A stretch of DNA of 52,664 nt from a virus (IMGVR_UViG_3300003690_000059:1-52664); one strand, 5' to 3'; counted from the first letter of the stretch, positions 7,769 to 16,071 are shown. The notes: a model not told the origin generated them from the sequence alone. A program made the numbers and translations.

Positions 7769-10170
7769 TGAACCCGTATTTTTTCACGTTGCACTGATAT
7801 ACGTTCCGCTTCTTGAATTGAATCTTGATTAATTTTTGTTTCTTCTAGAATCGTTTTTACCTGTTCTTTTTTAGTGTCAAAAGCTAGTCTAGATTGAGAC
7901 TCCGCTTCCTTACGCTGTAAGTCACGTTCTTTAAGTTCAAGTTCCTTCATACGAATTTGTAGTAATGGATCAATACCCCCCTCACCTTGTTGCGCAGCAA
8001 AAGCCTGAGACTGTTGACTAATTTGGGCAGTGGCTTGTGCGGCTGCCTGTGCAATTTGATTTTCAAGTTCGGGGGGCACTTGCTCTCCCTCCACTGGTAA
8101 AGGTTGTCCAATCATTTGTTCAACTTGTTGACGATACTGCATTGCAAAATGTTCTTGAATATGCGTTTGTAAAACAAGCATTGCTTGTTGATTATTTTGG
8201 AATATTGGATTTTGCATAAATGCCATATGAGTAGCTATGTGTGCTTCATGGGCTTGGTGTATAAATGCTTTAAGAGGGGCACCTATAAGAGCATCTGCAT
8301 TTTCAGTTGCAGGGTCTTTTGAATTTTCTGGTTCATCAGGGGGCAAAATATCATTAATATTCTGAGTCCCTAAAGCCTGATACATTCTAAAATAGGATTG
8401 TCGTAAATTATGAATTTGTGGTGCAGAAGTAGCTAATTGAAGTTGTGTCTGGGCCAACATGACACGTTGTGCCATTGAAAAAACATTCGGGTCGCTATGC
8501 GGAATAATGTCTATTTGATCACTAAAGTCACTCGCCATTATAACACGTTCCCCACCTGCGATTTCGTAGGGATATTCTTCAGGTAGGTATTCAGCAAATG
8601 TATTTGATAAAAGAGTGAACTCTAATTTCTGCGAATAATGCAACCTTTTATGAATTGCAGACATCACCTGCATCCCACGTTCTAACAAGGCCACTGTAGT
8701 TCCAACAGGCATTGCTTCATTCATGTCGCCTGTTTGAAGTTCAGTAATGGACGCGAACCTTCTACCAGAATCTACTAGCACACTTAATAGATTTAAAAGT
8801 GTTCCAGATGGTTCTTTATAGGGTAACGGTAAAAGAGAATCACGAAGGGAGCCTCCTGGGGCATCAACATCTCGCCATTCCCCAGGTTGTAAAGGCTCAT
8901 CATCATTACGAACCCTTAACCCTCTTGCTTTAAAACCTGCGGGTAAATTTGCTAAAGTTCCTGCATCTATCAATTGACGCAAAAGACTTGTTGCTGATTT
9001 ACATAGCCCCCCAATCATATGGATTAAACCAAAACCATAAAATCCAAGTCCAGGAAGGAATTTATAATGAACAAAATATTGTTTCTTCTGTTCAGTTTCA
9101 TCATTTTCTTCCCAATTCCTACGAATGGAAAGAATTTGTGAACATCCCTCTTCTAGAGTAACAATATAAGGAGATTGTATACCTCCAGATTCTTCTTCAT
9201 TTGCTTCTAGGTCTAAGTCTACATGACATTCTAAAATTGTCATAACTTCAGGCGTCATGTAACTTGTTTTTTGAACTCCTTGGAGTTCATCAATCTTTTC
9301 TCTAACCTGTGAAATCTCAGGGGGAGAAGGTTCTAACTCTATGTCTCTATAAAATCCAGAAAGTTGTAATTTACGCACATCATTTGTTTTCATTTTTATA
9401 ACATGCGTAATGCGATTAGCTGATTGAAGATCTGTAGTTTCGTAAGGAACTATTAAATCTTCAGAAGTGACAAATTTAGAAACAGCTCGTTTTAAATTTT
9501 CATCATAATATATTTTCTTAAATGCTGAACCAGATAATGGGAGGTAAAATAGCATCTGATCAAGTTCAGGGTCGAATTCCTTCATTACCTCCGTAATTTG
9601 ATAATTCATAAACTCCTTTACCCTACTGGCCTGTTGGGTCTTATCGGGGGAATCTTTCCCAATTACTCGTGTGTCAACAGGGCCGCCCGCAGGTAAAAGC
9701 TCTTTATATGCTGAAGATTGAAATTGAGCCACAGCTTCTGAAAGAAGAGGATGGTACACTCCTGACGCGCCCTGAAACGGTTCAGTCCTGTCAGAAGTTC
9801 CCATTCCTAATAGACTAAGTCCCTCGCTATAAGTACGCTCCCAATCCTGACGAGTTTCTTTATCTTCTTCATAACTTTGTAAAAGTTCTGCAGCTAATGC
9901 AGAAAGTTCAGCCTCGTCCATTGTTTCTGCGAGGTTTTCATAAAAATCTTCAGAAGTTTCAGATATCTCTTCTGCACCAAAAGCGATAGTAACTGACCCA
10001 TCTTCATCAGTTCCCAATACTTCTGGGTCTTCTAATTCAACGAATTCTTCAGAAAGTTCTCCGTTAGAAAAATCTTCAATATTTGCAAAAACCTCATCTT
10101 CAGCCAACGGAATATCCGTTCGAATAGGACGTTCTATTTCTAAAGGAGGTATAAGGGGATTATTAGCCAT
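7765..10170 (-). CDS. Portal protein
   Basis: 801 aa; 'PFQGASGVYHPLL', 'DQMLFYLPLSGSAFKKIY', 'GFYGFGLIHMIGGL', Gln-rich C-terminal barrel; follows TerL. Confidence 0.9.
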   Translation of the reverse strand: MANNPLIPPLEIERPIRTDIPLAEDEVFANIEDFSNGELSEEFVELEDPEVLGTDEDGSVTIAFGAEEISETSEDFYENLAETMDEAELSALAAELLQSYEEDKETRQDWERTYSEGLSLLGMGTSDRTEPFQGASGVYHPLLSEAVAQFQSSAYKELLPAGGPVDTRVIGKDSPDKTQQASRVKEFMNYQITEVMKEFDPELDQMLFYLPLSGSAFKKIYYDENLKRAVSKFVTSEDLIVPYETTDLQSANRITHVIKMKTNDVRKLQLSGFYRDIELEPSPPEISQVREKIDELQGVQKTSYMTPEVMTILECHVDLDLEANEEESGGIQSPYIVTLEEGCSQILSIRRNWEENDETEQKKQYFVHYKFLPGLGFYGFGLIHMIGGLCKSATSLLRQLIDAGTLANLPAGFKARGLRVRNDDEPLQPGEWRDVDAPGGSLRDSLLPLPYKEPSGTLLNLLSVLVDSGRRFASITELQTGDMNEAMPVGTTVALLERGMQVMSAIHKRLHYSQKLEFTLLSNTFAEYLPEEYPYEIAGGERVIMASDFSDQIDIIPHSDPNVFSMAQRVMLAQTQLQLATSAPQIHNLRQSYFRMYQALGTQNINDILPPDEPENSKDPATENADALIGAPLKAFIHQAHEAHIATHMAFMQNPIFQNNQQAMLVLQTHIQEHFAMQYRQQVEQMIGQPLPVEGEQVPPELENQIAQAAAQATAQISQQSQAFAAQQGEGGIDPLLQIRMKELELKERDLQRKEAESQSRLAFDTKKEQVKTILEETKINQDSIQEAERISVQREKIRVQ

Positions 10171-10265
10171 TATGTCTTCTTTCCCTTACTTTTGGTTTTT
10201 TTATTTTTCTTTTTCTTTGGCGGACGACCAACTTTTTTACCATAAGTTCCTGGACCACGGGGCAT
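10170..10265 (-). CDS. 31-aa highly basic peptide with AT-hook-like GRP
   Basis: Manual translation MPRGPGTYGKKVGRPPKKKKNKKTKSKGKKT; TAATG overlap with the portal start; not in the ORF track. Confidence 0.65.
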   Translation of the reverse strand: MPRGPGTYGKKVGRPPKKKKNKKTKSKGKKT

Positions 10266-10304
10266 AATCATTTATCCTAAACTAAAGTTGTTACTTTGAA
10301 AAGT

Positions 10305-10553
10305 TTATTTTGTCCCACCATTAAACCTTTCACGCATCTCATCCATTTTATTCCACAGATCTCCAATACTCTTTCTAGCGACCTCCATTTCAACTTCAAG
10401 TTTCACCACGCGGATGTAAGCTTCTTTCTTCTCTAAATCCCTCACATCTCGTTTCAAACCCTTAACTTCTGATTGAAGTCGAACGGCTACGATAAGCGCA
10501 CCAACACCAAAAATAACTACAGGGAGCAGTGTTTTGAGAAGTGAAAAATCCAT
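10305..10553 (-). CDS. Membrane-anchored coiled-coil hypothetical protein
   Basis: N-terminal hydrophobic helix followed by a charged helix. Confidence 0.55.
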   Translation of the reverse strand: MDFSLLKTLLPVVIFGVGALIVAVRLQSEVKGLKRDVRDLEKKEAYIRVVKLEVEMEVARKSIGDLWNKMDEMRERFNGGTK

Positions 10554-10559
10554 CAGTCA

Positions 10560-12068
10560 TTAATAATAGTTATACTGATGCCTCTTTCGATAGCCACTGT
10601 CCTCTTCTTTATAGTCATCAGGGTGACCAATAAACCCTCCTTGACGAAAACGAAGCAGGGCTTGAGTCATAGAATCAACTAAATCGTCATGTTCGCCATT
10701 AGGAAATTGTGCACATTCCTCTATCATATCTTCCGCAAAATTTTTCTCCGGTGCCCATATCATACCGCTTTCAAAAAGGGGGGCTACTGAATTTATTCGT
10801 GCGTGTTTATCTTGCCCTCGTCCAGGAGAAAAGTTCATCACTGGAATACCCATAGCCCGCAGCTCTTGAGTTAAGGGGGAGCCGCTGGCCTTTGCTTCAA
10901 TTATAACTATGTCGGGTTCCCAATAGTGATAATTTTTTAATGCCACACGTTTTAATTCTGGAAATTCATACCGCCCCCTTATACAATCTAGAAGCATCAA
11001 ATTTGGGCCACTGTCCTCGTCAGGGGTGAAAACACCCCATGTTGAAATAGCGGAATAGTCAGCGTGCTCATGTTTAAGAAATGCTGTGTCATAAGATTGA
11101 ATAATGTATTCTAAATTGGGTATTTGTTCCTTTTCCCACGGTTTCCACCAGGTGCGTTTGATGATACTTATTGCATCGGCAGTGGGTTTTTGCAACCATT
11201 GTGCGCTCCACTTTTGAGAACTCAAAGAAGCCCTCACACCTTCAAGTTCTTCAAGTTTCCAAAATTCTGGCCAAAGGGGTTTAGACTCCCCATCTTCAGT
11301 CTCTAGAATAGCGGGAAATTCAACAACTTCCCATTGGTCCGCTTTTTCAGAAAACGCCTGTTGCTTCAAAACTTTTGCGGTAAGGTCACGCTCCCCCCAG
11401 CGAGTCATCACTATTACGATGCTTCCTCCAGGTTGGAGCCTTTGCCGGGGTCCGGAAGTATACCACTCATACGCATTTTCCATAGCGGCTTCACTTAAAG
11501 CATCCTGCTCACTATGGGGGTCATCAATAATCAAAAGATCCGCGCCGCGACCCGTAATTGCGCCCCCTACCCCACTAGCAAAATATTCACCCCCCTTAGT
11601 AGTAGTCCACCGGCCAGCAGACTTACTGTCGGGGCTTAGGCCGGACTCTGGAAAAATTTTCCTGAACTCATTCGAAGCAATCAAGTTACGCATCTTTCTA
11701 CCAAAGGTCATGGCTAATTCGCCGGTATGCGTTGTTTGAATAATCTTTAATTTTGGATTTCGGCCTACCAGCCATGCGGGAAAAAGGTAGCTCGCAAATT
11801 CAGATTTTGTATGCCGAGGGGGAAGGTTGATAATCAGTCGCTTCAAAGAACCGTCTGCGACGGCCTGGAGTTTTTCGGCGTAGACTCTATGGTGGGCGCC
11901 CTCAATAAAATCTGGCCAAACGTACTTGACAAATTTTAAAAAAGTTTGGTGGCCCTCTTCACTTTCAGATATTTCCTGTAATCTTGTTGTTAAAGCGAGG
12001 TACTCTTCGAGCAATTCCTTACTTAAACTTTGTAAACGGGCATTGAGCTGTTTATCTTTTAAAATCAC
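10560..12068 (-). CDS. terL: Terminase large subunit
   Basis: 'INLPPRHTKSE' ATPase motif, Walker B 'LLIIDDPH', RNase H-like nuclease 'QSYDTA...IEAKASG...HDDLVDS'. Confidence 0.93.
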   Translation of the reverse strand: MILKDKQLNARLQSLSKELLEEYLALTTRLQEISESEEGHQTFLKFVKYVWPDFIEGAHHRVYAEKLQAVADGSLKRLIINLPPRHTKSEFASYLFPAWLVGRNPKLKIIQTTHTGELAMTFGRKMRNLIASNEFRKIFPESGLSPDSKSAGRWTTTKGGEYFASGVGGAITGRGADLLIIDDPHSEQDALSEAAMENAYEWYTSGPRQRLQPGGSIVIVMTRWGERDLTAKVLKQQAFSEKADQWEVVEFPAILETEDGESKPLWPEFWKLEELEGVRASLSSQKWSAQWLQKPTADAISIIKRTWWKPWEKEQIPNLEYIIQSYDTAFLKHEHADYSAISTWGVFTPDEDSGPNLMLLDCIRGRYEFPELKRVALKNYHYWEPDIVIIEAKASGSPLTQELRAMGIPVMNFSPGRGQDKHARINSVAPLFESGMIWAPEKNFAEDMIEECAQFPNGEHDDLVDSMTQALLRFRQGGFIGHPDDYKEEDSGYRKRHQYNYY

Positions 12069-12391
12069 TACTAAGCCTTTTCCGCTTGAAATTTAAATAA
12101 TTTCTTCACTACTCATAAAACACTGTACCTATTGCTGTCATACTAGCTTCATATTTCTGAGGAAGATACCCCTTATGTATTGGATCGTCGCCACAATTAA
12201 TCTTTATAAACCTTTTTTAAACCATGAAAGTAAAGAACAAATTTCAATAATTTCTGATTAAGAACTATTTCGAATGTACAAAACTGGACCCATCTTAGGG
12301 GCGGCGCATATAGGGGGGGTGCCCCCCCTTGGTGGGCTTGGGCTAATAGTTGCTTTGCTAATAGATTTCCTCTACTTGGTAGGGGGCTTGG

Positions 12392-12418
12392 TGGGGGCAG
12401 CCTGTGGGCTGCCCCCCA
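12392..12418. terminator. GC-rich hairpin downstream of 12438..12620
   Basis: GGGGGCAGCC-TGTG-GGCTGCCCCC; weak U-tract. Confidence 0.4.
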
Positions 12419-12437
12419 TGTTGGACTAGTTAGCTTG

Positions 12438-12620
12438 CTAGTATAGTTCGCCTTGGTACACTTGCTCGGCCTCAGCTATGGCAGGAATAGCTAGCCCCCT
12501 AATCGAAAGCATGTCGCCCCTTCGACTAGTAGTGGGCTGCCATTCATCTAGCAGTATATCCCATATGACCGTAGCCTTGGGCGCATGGGTGTAGCCTTTG
12601 GGTCGTTCTATAGGTTGCAT
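12438..12620 (-). CDS. Small hypothetical protein
   Basis: 60 aa starting MQPIERPKGY with AAGGGG RBS; leader duplicated at 12741-12767. Confidence 0.5.
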   Translation of the reverse strand: MQPIERPKGYTHAPKATVIWDILLDEWQPTTSRRGDMLSIRGLAIPAIAEAEQVYQGELY

Positions 12621-12751
12621 TGGTTTACCCCTTGAATAGTTGGTTTGCTATAGGTCTTGCCACTAGTCGAGTATCCACTATGTAGGGCCATCATTAGGTC
12701 TAAGTAGGCTACCCCCGGTACATACCCTTTGGGCCACTTGATAGGTTGCAT
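12608..12751 (-). CDS. Small hypothetical protein (47 aa)
   Basis: Manual translation MQPIKWPKGYVPGVAYLDLMMALHSG...; same RBS and start context as 12438..12620. Confidence 0.4.
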   Translation of the reverse strand: MQPIKWPKGYVPGVAYLDLMMALHSGYSTSGKTYSKPTIQGVNQCNL

Positions 12752-12770
12752 TGGTTTACCCCTTGAAGTG

Positions 12771-12792
12771 GCGGGGGGCATATGCCCCCCGC
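12771..12792. terminator. Perfect 22-bp palindrome / hairpin after 12806..13159
   Basis: GCGGGGGGCATATGCCCCCCGC. Confidence 0.5.
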
Positions 12793-12805
12793 TTTAGTTA
12801 GCCGC

Positions 12806-13159
12806 CTATGCGGTAAGCGTAAAGGCAGGCTTGCCCCAAGTCTTGGAACTTGGGCTGTAGCCCCCAAGCAACCCTGCCACCATGTCAGGGTAGCCGCCAC
12901 CTAGACGCTTGGCCGCTGGCAAAAACTTAGCCACGGGCATACCCTTGACCATCATTATAACTATATCGGCACGCTTGCCAGTGGCCCTATGGATATACGG
13001 CGGCAAGCCCCCTTCAGCCACTACGCCCGCAATGGGGTTTATGGTGGCGCCAGGGTTGGCGGCAAGCCATACGTGCAACATTACGTTCTGCACTTTGGGC
13101 AGGGCTTGTATGAAAGCGTCCGTTACTTCGAACGTTAGCTTAGTAGCTAATTTAGCCAT
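12806..13159 (-). CDS. Hypothetical protein, distant paralogue of 22701..23069 and 31810..32052
   Basis: Shares 'G.RA.I.....GM.V..FL..A..L.GG..D' motif; GGAAGG RBS. Confidence 0.6.
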   Translation of the reverse strand: MAKLATKLTFEVTDAFIQALPKVQNVMLHVWLAANPGATINPIAGVVAEGGLPPYIHRATGKRADIVIMMVKGMPVAKFLPAAKRLGGGYPDMVAGLLGGYSPSSKTWGKPAFTLTA

Positions 13160-13286
13160 TTGTAGTACCTTCCGGTTACGCAGCCCTTATTGACTGCCCC
13201 CTGATCATGCGCTTGCCGACCCGGTAGTACTAGCCCATAAATGGTATACCTGCCATGCACTATACGCAGGGCTTGACCCCCTTGCT

Positions 13287-13337
13287 TATTTGCTTAGTAA
13301 GCTAAGTAAATACGGCTTACTTAGTAAGCTAAGTAAA
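13287..13337. repeat. Two tandem TAAG-loop hairpins
   Basis: CTTAGTAAGCTAAGTAAA at 13293 and 13320; each folds as (T)TRCTTAG-TAAG-CTAAGTAA. Confidence 0.75.
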
Positions 13338-13339
13338 CC

Positions 13340-13406
13340 TGGGCGTGGGCGGCGTGGGCGGCCTGGGTGGGGCGGCGTGGGCGGCGTGGCGTGGGTGGCG
13401 TGGGTG
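13340..13406 (+). repeat. G-rich degenerate tandem repeat (GGCGTGGGC-like)
   Basis: Multiple GGG tracts, directly visible. Confidence 0.8.
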
Positions 13407-13439
13407 AGAGTCGTCAGATGTACATGATCTTTAAGATCA

Positions 13440-13543
13440 AAGCGACAAGCGACAAGCGACAAGCGACCTAGAAGCGACAAGCGACCTAGAAGCGACAAGC
13501 GACCTAGAAGCGACAAGCGACCTAGAAGCGACAAGCGACCTAG
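13440..13543 (+). repeat. Tandem repeat: AAGCGAC heptamers, then 5 copies of AAGCGACAAGCGACCTAG
   Basis: 18-mer units at 13454, 13472, 13490, 13508 and 13526. Confidence 0.95.
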
Positions 13544-13634
13544 AAGGAAGGAGGTAACCAACCTCCGAGGTATTCAGTTACAAACGATGCGCCACAACAC
13601 AATCACCATATCCTCACACCCTTTTTAGTGGTGC

Positions 13635-13952
13635 TTACTCTACAATCACATTTACCTTTTGACCTGCTGGCAGCGTTATCTTTAAAGTGATCGTTATCTC
13701 GTTAATTTTGGGGTTGTTCTCAGTACCCCGCCGCTGACGTAAGGGGTAGTCTGTGTTGGTCTTCTCGCAGTACCTTACTAGAGCATGCTGGGCTGAAGAC
13801 TGTCGCCAAGAGCCCCCCTGTTTGGTTACATGCCCTATTTGAGTTAAGTGATCAGTGATCTTAGACCATATAGGCTGACCGCTTTGAGTACCCTCGTAAG
13901 TGTCAATAAACTCACAGATCAGCTCACCTGTTTTTAAGTAACTTTTACGCAT
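13635..13952 (-). CDS. Small DNA-binding protein resembling the 'Recombinase' DNA-binding domain
   Basis: 'WSKITDHLTQIGHVTKQGGSWRQSSAQHAL' fits IA..L...G..T..G..W; no catalytic serine-recombinase domain. Confidence 0.55.
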   Translation of the reverse strand: MRKSYLKTGELICEFIDTYEGTQSGQPIWSKITDHLTQIGHVTKQGGSWRQSSAQHALVRYCEKTNTDYPLRQRRGTENNPKINEITITLKITLPAGQKVNVIVE

Positions 13953-14051
13953 CGTCTTACCCCCTGGTTAGTAACCGTTTAACCCTTATAACCCCTAAAG
14001 TATAACGGGGCGAGTTTAATACACCCGCCCCGTTTACTCTTTTTACTCCCC
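13953..14051 (-). promoter_or_regulatory. Repeated promoter/RBS unit, copy 1
   Basis: AAAAGAGTAA...GGGTGT-N16-TATACTTTAGGGGT; 13963-14005 identical to 14294-14336. Confidence 0.75.
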
Positions 14052-14282
14052 TTATTTAGGGTACACCAGTTCACAATAACTAGTCAAGTCGAAAACTTGA
14101 TGGTCGTGAGTTATACCATTTACCTCGTCAATTACCCCTACGTTTAGGTAAATAGCTTTAGGATCTAGCTTAATACCCTGCTCGTGATGAGGGTCGTCAA
14201 ACCTACCCTTAGTAATAAAGATCTCATAAGAGAAGCCGTCAATGACCTCCGTACGGGCCATCATTTTCACTGAATCATCCAT
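14052..14282 (-). CDS. Hypothetical protein
   Basis: 76 aa with AGGAGG RBS, between two repeat units. Confidence 0.6.
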   Translation of the reverse strand: MDDSVKMMARTEVIDGFSYEIFITKGRFDDPHHEQGIKLDPKAIYLNVGVIDEVNGITHDHQVFDLTSYCELVYPK

Positions 14283-14376
14283 TTCTTTGACCTCCTGGTT
14301 AGTAACCGTTTAACCCTTATAACCCCTAAAGTATAAGCCCCCAGTAAAATGAACACCCGGCCTTAATACTCTAATT
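14283..14376 (-). promoter_or_regulatory. Repeated promoter/RBS unit, copy 2
   Basis: TAGAGTA...GGGTGT-N17-TATACTTTAGGGGT...AGGAGG. Confidence 0.75.
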
Positions 14377-14426
14377 ACTGGTGCTAATCCCAATGCGGCT
14401 ACTCAGATCTGGAAGATCCTTTAGAT

Positions 14427-14501
14427 GGTTAGGTTAGGTTAGGTTAGGTTAGGTCAGGTTAGGTCAGGTTAGGTCAGGTTAGGTCAGGTTAGGTTAGGTT
14501 A
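14427..14501 (+). repeat. Pentamer microsatellite (GGTTA/GGTCA) x15
   Basis: GGTTA x5, (GGTCA GGTTA) x4, GGTTA x2. Confidence 0.95.
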
Positions 14502-14521
14502 GGTATGGTCAGGATGGGTCA

Positions 14522-14566
14522 GATCAAAGCGATCAAAGCGATCAAAGCGATCAAAGCGACAAGCGA
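14522..14566 (+). repeat. Tandem GATCAAAGC x4 ending in AAGCGACAAGCGA
   Basis: Same AAGCGA core as the 13440-13543 array. Confidence 0.9.
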
Positions 14567-14570
14567 TGAC

Positions 14571-14597
14571 AAAAAAAGACCCCACCGGAGTGGGGCC
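14571..14597 (-). terminator. Rho-independent terminator after the nuclease gene
   Basis: GGCCCCAC-TCCG-GTGGGGTC followed by a T run. Confidence 0.75.
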
Positions 14598-14621
14598 AGT
14601 TTCGCGTAGTCAGGGAGGGAT

Positions 14622-15044
14622 CTACGCGGTAGATCTACAGTCCTTCTCTATCGTGCTTATCAACTTCGCCCAATCATATGGGTAAGGGATCTTAACCATC
14701 GGTGGGATCTGAGAGACTTTGTTATCAGCAAGGTCTTTTGCTTGATTTCCAGAAAACAAAAAGAGGGGTTCTTTACTCACCTCCCTTGCTAAGATGTATG
14801 AACGACCCGAATACCGTGCTCTTGTAAGATGCCAAGATATCTGATGAGGCGACAGAGTGATTCGATTACTTTTCGTTACTTTGAGTTCTATCCAAAATTC
14901 CCCGAAATCACCACACCCATTGACATCTGGGACTCCAGGCGACGTCCATGACTCAATCCTGACCCAATGAATCCCCGTAACTCCGTCGCGTAACGCCTTC
15001 CACAATCTAGATTCAGGCTTCGGTGACATTCTTATACTCACCAT
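14622..15044 (-). CDS. VRR-NUC / PD-(D/E)XK nuclease (resolvase-like)
   Basis: 'PESRLWK...RIES...GVPDVNG...FWIELKV...LSPHQISWH'. Confidence 0.8.
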   Translation of the reverse strand: MVSIRMSPKPESRLWKALRDGVTGIHWVRIESWTSPGVPDVNGCGDFGEFWIELKVTKSNRITLSPHQISWHLTRARYSGRSYILAREVSKEPLFLFSGNQAKDLADNKVSQIPPMVKIPYPYDWAKLISTIEKDCRSTA

Positions 15045-15522
15045 TTATAACTGTGGAAAGTACACCTTTGGATTCTTTATTTAATTGTTCAAGACGACGA
15101 ATCAGATCTTCTTTGGACATCGCATTAATATGAGCATAAAGAACTTCTTTACGATCAACATACAGCCCCCCAACTTTACCACGATTAGTTTCAGCAGATA
15201 TCGCCGCGCTGAACTGATTGTTGGCAGCGGCCCTATCACGTAGATCACCTAGGTCTCTGACATGACCTTCATATGTGACTTCGTATTTCCGAGCCATCTC
15301 TTGATAAAGTTCATTGACATAGGTGGCGACATGGGGGAATTTACCAACGTCAAGAAGTTCACACGCCCGAACTTTGGCTGAGCTGTCGGCATAGCCCGCC
15401 CGTCTAGCAGCTTCAGCATTGGAGCATCTACCAAGAACTATTTCTTCGGCGAATTTCTTTTGGCGAGCAGTCAGAGATTTAGATAGCACCGGATTGGTAG
15501 TTTCATTCTTCCTTCGCGGCAT
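15013..15522 (-). CDS. terS: Terminase small subunit
   Basis: 'LTARQKKFAEEIV...NAEAARRAGYA' HTH and 'AAISAETNRGKVGGLY'; GGAGG RBS. Confidence 0.8.
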   Translation of the reverse strand: MPRRKNETTNPVLSKSLTARQKKFAEEIVLGRCSNAEAARRAGYADSSAKVRACELLDVGKFPHVATYVNELYQEMARKYEVTYEGHVRDLGDLRDRAAANNQFSAAISAETNRGKVGGLYVDRKEVLYAHINAMSKEDLIRRLEQLNKESKGVLSTVINGEYKNVTEA

Positions 15523-15617
15523 TTCGATCCTCCTCCCTTATAATATACCTCGAGATTCAATACAGTTATAGAAATTTGATTTTCCCGGTGGGGTGAACAC
15601 ATATTGATACTGATGTT

Positions 15618-15701
15618 CCAATACCATGCCAATATGAACCACCAATATAGAACAACCAGTTATAATTCAAGAACTTAGCTCTTTAGTTATTGGCATATTG
15701 G
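15618..15701. promoter_or_regulatory. CCAATA iterons inverted around an IHF-like site (candidate ori/pac element)
   Basis: CCAATA at 15618, 15629, 15642; ATTCAAGAACTTA at 15665; TATTGG at 15688, 15696. Confidence 0.45.
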
Positions 15702-15784
15702 TAATAACTCCTAAAAAGTTTTTTTTAACTTACCCTTTCTCGAGTCGTATATATAGCACCCTCAATAATACTATTTGAGTCAAG

Positions 15785-16045
15785 TTAGGTGTGAGAGTAG
15801 CCATCTTTTTCGATTCCTAGCCACATTCCCTGCCATTTTACCATCACACAGTCGTCAAAGGACAATTTAAAAACATTATCCACAAAGTCAGGAAAGCTCA
15901 TACCCTGAGAATGTTGCTCCCATTTTTGAAGTAGAGTATTTTCCTGAGCTATGGTCGTACCTAACTGTTTAAATTTATCATGCGAAAGATGTATTTGAAA
16001 AACGCGGCGCGGGGTTGGTTCTACACAAACTTCATCATCACCCAT
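15785..16045 (-). CDS. Hypothetical phage protein
   Basis: 86 aa, AGGAGG RBS, ends 'WQGMWLGIEKDGYSHT'. Confidence 0.65.
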   Translation of the reverse strand: MGDDEVCVEPTPRRVFQIHLSHDKFKQLGTTIAQENTLLQKWEQHSQGMSFPDFVDNVFKLSFDDCVMVKWQGMWLGIEKDGYSHT

Positions 16046-16071
16046 GGCATCCTCCTTTTAGTGTGAGGGAT

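Noticed and set aside
13440-13543. Possible CRISPR array
   Set aside because: Units are directly tandem with no unique spacers, and no cas genes are present
13286-13561. 91-aa ORF with LLGRLS repeats
   Set aside because: Simply the translation of the 18-bp and G-rich tandem repeats; no RBS; likely non-coding
14427-14501. Insect telomere contamination or chimera
   Set aside because: Short, internal, mixed TTAGG/TCAGG, and flanked by motifs shared with the 13.4-kb phage repeat block; read-level confirmation is still desirable
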